Shown: positions 60,718-64,000 of the stretch, piece by piece
Layout of the letters: every line of letters starts with the position of its first letter
How positions within the stretch are numbered: position 1 is the first letter of the stretch
Source of the DNA: Acidimicrobiia bacterium
GTDB lineage: Bacteria; Actinomycetota; Acidimicrobiia; IMCC26256; JACDBD01
Direction of reading: 5' to 3'
Length of the DNA: 64,000 nucleotides
NCBI GenBank assembly: GCA_035637335.1
Contig: DASPXI010000030.1
Location: forward strand, 634 to 64,633
Notes under the pieces: generated by a model
Database searches by the model: none
Told to the model about the DNA's origin: nothing
Seen by the model: only the letters and a program-made list of their open reading frames with translations
Translations under genes and position numbers: made by a program

Positions 60718-61884
60718 ATGCCCAAGTACCGCATCGTCGACGCCGACTGCCACATCCTCGAGCCGCCCGACATCTGGCAGAACTGGCTGCCCGAGGGCTA
60801 CCAGGACAAGGCGCCGAAGCTCGTCAAGGACGCCGAAGGCGGCGACGCGTGGCTGACCGCGGTGGGCGGCGATCCCGACCCGATCGGCCTGGTGTCGACG
60901 CCGGGGATGCCGTTCGACCAGTTCCGGTGGATGGGTGTCGCGTACGACGAGGCGCGACGCGGTTGCTACAACGGCGCGGCGCGCGTCGAGGACATGGACA
61001 TCGACGGTGTCGACGCCGAGGTGCTGTTCCCGCCCCAGCGCACGATGAGCCACTTCCTCGGCGACGAGGACCCCGACTTCGTGCTCGTAGGCGTCGAGGC
61101 GTACAACAACTTCCTGTTCGAAGAGTTCTGCGCGCCTGATCCGACTCGACTCATCGGTATGGCGCAGATCCCCTCGCTCGGCATCGACTCGGCGATCGAC
61201 GGGCTGCGCAAGGCCAAGGCGCGCGGCGCCAAGGGCGTAGTGATCTCGAACTGGCCGTCCGGTGGAGAGAGCGTCTCGACGGCCGACGACCCGTTCTGGG
61301 CTGGCGCCGTCGACGAAGGCATGCCTGTCACGGTGCACATCAACATCATCAGCCGCGACCAGCGGATGCGGCAGCGTCAGGCGGCGGCGAAGGCCGGCAA
61401 CAAGATGTACGGCGGCAAGGGCGAGGGAGCGAAGGCCAAGGCCGTCGGCAGTCTGAGCCACGTCTTCTCCATGTCGGCCGGCAACATCTCACAGATGATC
61501 TTCACCGGCGTGTTCGACCGGTTCCCGGAGCTGCACGTGGCGTGGATCGAGATCGGCGTGGGGTGGCTCCCGCACTTCATCGAGATGCTCGACGACAAGT
61601 ACTGGCGCAACCGCTCGTGGGGCGAGCTTCCGATCGGCGAGCCGCCGTCGTTCTATTGGCGGCGCAACAACAGCGCCACGTTCATCACCGACCGGTCCGG
61701 TATCGAGCTGCGCGAGCGCGTCGGAGTCGACACCATCATGTGGTCCAGTGACTATCCGCACCACGGCAACGACTGGCCGTACTCGCGGAAGGTCATCGAG
61801 GACACGATGGGCAACATCCCGGCCGACGAGCGCGACCGCATGATCGGCGGGAACGCAGTGCGCATTTTCGGACTCGACGACTAG
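60718..61884 (+). CDS. amidohydrolase_2 family protein
   Basis: IVDADCHILEP...MWSSDYPHHGNDWP. GGGAGGAG RBS. The track ORF start at 60559 is over-extended. Confidence 0.85.
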   Translation: MPKYRIVDADCHILEPPDIWQNWLPEGYQDKAPKLVKDAEGGDAWLTAVGGDPDPIGLVSTPGMPFDQFRWMGVAYDEARRGCYNGAARVEDMDIDGVDAEVLFPPQRTMSHFLGDEDPDFVLVGVEAYNNFLFEEFCAPDPTRLIGMAQIPSLGIDSAIDGLRKAKARGAKGVVISNWPSGGESVSTADDPFWAGAVDEGMPVTVHINIISRDQRMRQRQAAAKAGNKMYGGKGEGAKAKAVGSLSHVFSMSAGNISQMIFTGVFDRFPELHVAWIEIGVGWLPHFIEMLDDKYWRNRSWGELPIGEPPSFYWRRNNSATFITDRSGIELRERVGVDTIMWSSDYPHHGNDWPYSRKVIEDTMGNIPADERDRMIGGNAVRIFGLDD

Positions 61885-62330
61885 CGCAGCCAGTCGGCGA
61901 CGCGCATCCAGCGGGGGAGGACGACGTCCTCCACCCGCTGGAAGACCACGCGCACCGGGTCGCCGATCCGGATGGTGGCCGGGTCGACCTCGTTGATCGG
62001 CCCGTCGGGGTGGGCGACGAGGTTGCCGACCATGCGCAGTCTCGGGTCTTCGTCGAGGGCGACGACGATCACGTTGTACGGCGCGAGCTGCTGGTAGGCG
62101 GGCAGCAGCGGCGGGTGCGGCACGATGAACGACCAGATCGTGCCCCGCCCCGACATCTCGTCCCATCGGAACTTCAGCGACCGGCATCGTGGGCACATCG
62201 GCCGCGGCGGCATGCGGCGCAGACCGCAATCTGCGCACGTCTGCATGAGCAGGTCGCGGCGGCCGCACCCGGCCCAGAACTCGGCCGCGTCCGAATCCTC
62301 GACGTCGGGCAGTAGGAACTGGGCTTCCAG
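61881..62330 (-). CDS. DUF35 OB-fold/zinc-ribbon protein (Ltp partner); start codon unresolved
   Basis: CADCGLRRMPPRPMCPRCRS zinc ribbon plus OB-fold. The conserved N-terminal segment (DSDAAEFWAGCGRRDLL) lies upstream of the first canonical start (ATG 62246). The only candidate there is CTG 62330. Confidence 0.65.
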   Translation of the reverse strand: MEAQFLLPDVEDSDAAEFWAGCGRRDLLMQTCADCGLRRMPPRPMCPRCRSLKFRWDEMSGRGTIWSFIVPHPPLLPAYQQLAPYNVIVVALDEDPRLRMVGNLVAHPDGPINEVDPATIRIGDPVRVVFQRVEDVVLPRWMRVADWLR

Positions 62331-62335
62331 TGGGC

Positions 62336-63493
62336 CTACCTCCGCAACAGGAGCGCGCTCGTCGGCACGCCCTCACCGCTCGTGACCAGGCACGTCTCGG
62401 TCCGTTCGACCTGGCTGGTCGACGTGCCGCGCATCTGGCGGACGCCCTCGAGCACGAGATTGAACCCGTGCACGTACGCCTCCGACATGCCGCCGCCCGA
62501 CGTGTTCGTCGGCAGCCGGCCGTCGGGCCACTCGAGCGCACCGTCATCCGTGAACGCCGCGCCCTCACCCCGCGCGCAGAACCCGTAACCCTCGAGCGAC
62601 AACGGGATCAGCGGGCTGAACGCGTCGTAGATCTGGGCGACCGTCACGTCATCGGGCCTGACGTCGGCCTGCGCCCACAGGCGTTCCGCGCACGCGTACG
62701 ACGGGCCGAGCAGGGGGTCGTCGTTGAAGTAGTTGGTCATGACCTGGTGCTGCCGAGGGATGCTCTGCGCGAATGAGTGCACGTACGCAGGCGGGTGCGG
62801 CAGGTCCTTCGCGCGGTCCGCCCCGACGATCACCGCCGCCAGCGCGCCGTCCGTCTCCAGGCAGTTGTCGTAGAGGCACAGCGGCTCGGAGATCCAGCGC
62901 GCATCCATGTACTGCTCGCGGGTGAGCGGCTTCTCGTACATCGTCGCGGCCGGATTGCGGTTGGCGTGCTTGCGGAACGCGACCGCGACGTTGGCCAGGT
63001 GTTCGCGCGTGGCGCCGAAGTCGTGCATATAGCGCCGCGTGAGGAGCGCGATCTCGTCGACCGGGCGCAGCACTCCGAAAGGACGGCTCCACTGCCAATG
63101 GCTCGTGACGCGCCGGCTCACCTGGGACCAGGGACGGCTCGTCTTGGCGGCGCGCTTGCGGGCGCGCCACGCCACCGCCACGTTGCACTGTCCCGTCGCG
63201 ACCGCCATCGCCGCGTGTCCGATCGTCCCGCAGCCCGCGCCGCCGCCGTACCCGATCTCCGAGAAGAACGTGATGTCGCCGAGGCCCACGCTGCGCGCCA
63301 CCTCGACCTCGCGGCCTTCCTCCATCGAGAACATCGCGAGGCCGTCGACCTCGCTCGGCGCGATGGCGGCGTCGTCGAGTGCGGCCGAGATCGCCTGACA
63401 CGCGAGCGACAGCTCCGAGTCGGGCAGGCCCTTGGCGAACCCGGTCTGCCCGATGCCCACGATCGCAGTGCGGTCTGCCAACGGTCCCGCCAT
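62336..63493 (-). CDS. thiolase-like lipid-transfer (Ltp/SCP-x-type) protein
   Basis: MAGPLADRTAIVGIGQTGF...LPTNTSGGGMSEAYVHGF. ATG 63493. The track ORF is over-extended to 63703. Confidence 0.8.
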   Translation of the reverse strand: MAGPLADRTAIVGIGQTGFAKGLPDSELSLACQAISAALDDAAIAPSEVDGLAMFSMEEGREVEVARSVGLGDITFFSEIGYGGGAGCGTIGHAAMAVATGQCNVAVAWRARKRAAKTSRPWSQVSRRVTSHWQWSRPFGVLRPVDEIALLTRRYMHDFGATREHLANVAVAFRKHANRNPAATMYEKPLTREQYMDARWISEPLCLYDNCLETDGALAAVIVGADRAKDLPHPPAYVHSFAQSIPRQHQVMTNYFNDDPLLGPSYACAERLWAQADVRPDDVTVAQIYDAFSPLIPLSLEGYGFCARGEGAAFTDDGALEWPDGRLPTNTSGGGMSEAYVHGFNLVLEGVRQMRGTSTSQVERTETCLVTSGEGVPTSALLLRR

Positions 63494-63501
63494 CTGCCCG
63501 G

Positions 63502-64000
63502 CTACCAACCCTTGAACTCGGGCGACCGGCGCTCCATGAAGCTCTCCATTCCCTCTTTCGCGTCCTCGGTGCGCGAGAGGAGCTCCTGGGCGTACGCCTC
63601 GTCCCAGAACGAGCCCGCCCGGTCCGTCTCCAGCGAACGGTTCGTGAGCCACTTCGTGAACGCGATCGCACGCGTTGGCGCCTTGGCGAGCCGCCCCGCC
63701 CACTCGTTGAGCGTCTTGTCGAGCTCGGCCCGGGGCACGACCTTGTTCGCGATTCCGATGCGCTCGGCCTCCGCCGCCGGCACATCGTCGCCGTAGAAGA
63801 ACAGCTCCTTCGCCTTCTGCGGGCCGACGAGACGTGTGAGCAGATAAGCGCCACCGGCGTCGGGCGCGATGCCGCGCCGGATGAACACCTCGATGAAACG
63901 CGCTTCCTCGGCCATGATCACGAGGTCGCAGGCGAGCGCGAGATGCATGCCACCGCCGGCGGCGGTGGCGTTCACGCCCGCGATCACGGGCTTTTCGCAG
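63502..64000 (-). CDS. enoyl-CoA hydratase/isomerase family protein, 5'-truncated by the window edge
   Basis: IAGVNATAAGGGMHLALACD...C-terminal FMERRSPEFKGW. The frame is open to position 64000. Confidence 0.8.
   Translation of the reverse strand, partial: CEKPVIAGVNATAAGGGMHLALACDLVIMAEEARFIEVFIRRGIAPDAGGAYLLTRLVGPQKAKELFFYGDDVPAAEAERIGIANKVVPRAELDKTLNEWAGRLAKAPTRAIAFTKWLTNRSLETDRAGSFWDEAYAQELLSRTEDAKEGMESFMERRSPEFKGW

Noticed and set aside
1-64000. CRISPR arrays, tRNA or rRNA genes, transposases, integrases or phage genes
   Set aside because: I saw no direct-repeat/spacer periodicity, no intergenic region long enough with tRNA-like structure, and no ORF with transposase, integrase or phage motifs. 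This was a by-eye inspection only; tRNAscan or Infernal would be needed for certainty.

Overview
This is a very GC-rich, actinobacterial-type chromosomal segment. It is densely packed with about 60 protein genes, many joined by ATGA/GTGA start-stop overlaps. I recognised no rRNA, tRNA, CRISPR array, transposase or integrase. Most of the content is CoA-dependent lipid or steroid-type catabolism: 3 acyl-CoA synthetases, 5 acyl-CoA dehydrogenase genes (one a fused two-module form), 2 true thiolases, 3 SCP-x/Ltp-type thiolase-like genes (two paired with DUF35), 3 enoyl-CoA hydratases, 8 intact SDRs, 2 MaoC-N hydratase subunits, 3 amidohydrolase_2 paralogs and a tandem CaiB/BaiF CoA-transferase. 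A nine-gene minus-strand operon (46527-54882) contains echA20-ipdA-ipdB-ipdC, the mycobacterial steroid ring C/D (HIP) module. Housekeeping or accessory genes include hisN, an FGGY kinase, an amidase, tag, treT, a Mo-oxidoreductase/ferredoxin-reductase/DUF6510 triad, two F420-type LLM oxidoreductases and two TetR regulators. Main observations: (1) A thioredoxin-fold gene is interrupted by an in-frame TGA exactly at the redox-active position (W-A-S-W-TGA-G-C), with a SECIS-like hairpin downstream. This is a candidate selenoprotein that ORF callers split in two. (2) A 16-bp palindrome, CTGAC-N6-GTCA(G/C), recurs in six promoter or intergenic regions of the catabolic operons, plus two 15-bp variants. 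This suggests one regulon whose regulator I cannot identify. (3) A gene-decay patch lies at 7.5-10.8 kb: an SDR with an internal deletion, a frameshifted diiron oxygenase and a frameshifted small gene. (4) A 1093-aa AAA-ATPase/TPR protein carries a C-terminal class III nucleotide cyclase domain with non-canonical substrate-specifying residues, and is co-transcribed with an orphan 211-aa gene. All family calls come from reading motifs by eye. No database search was run.
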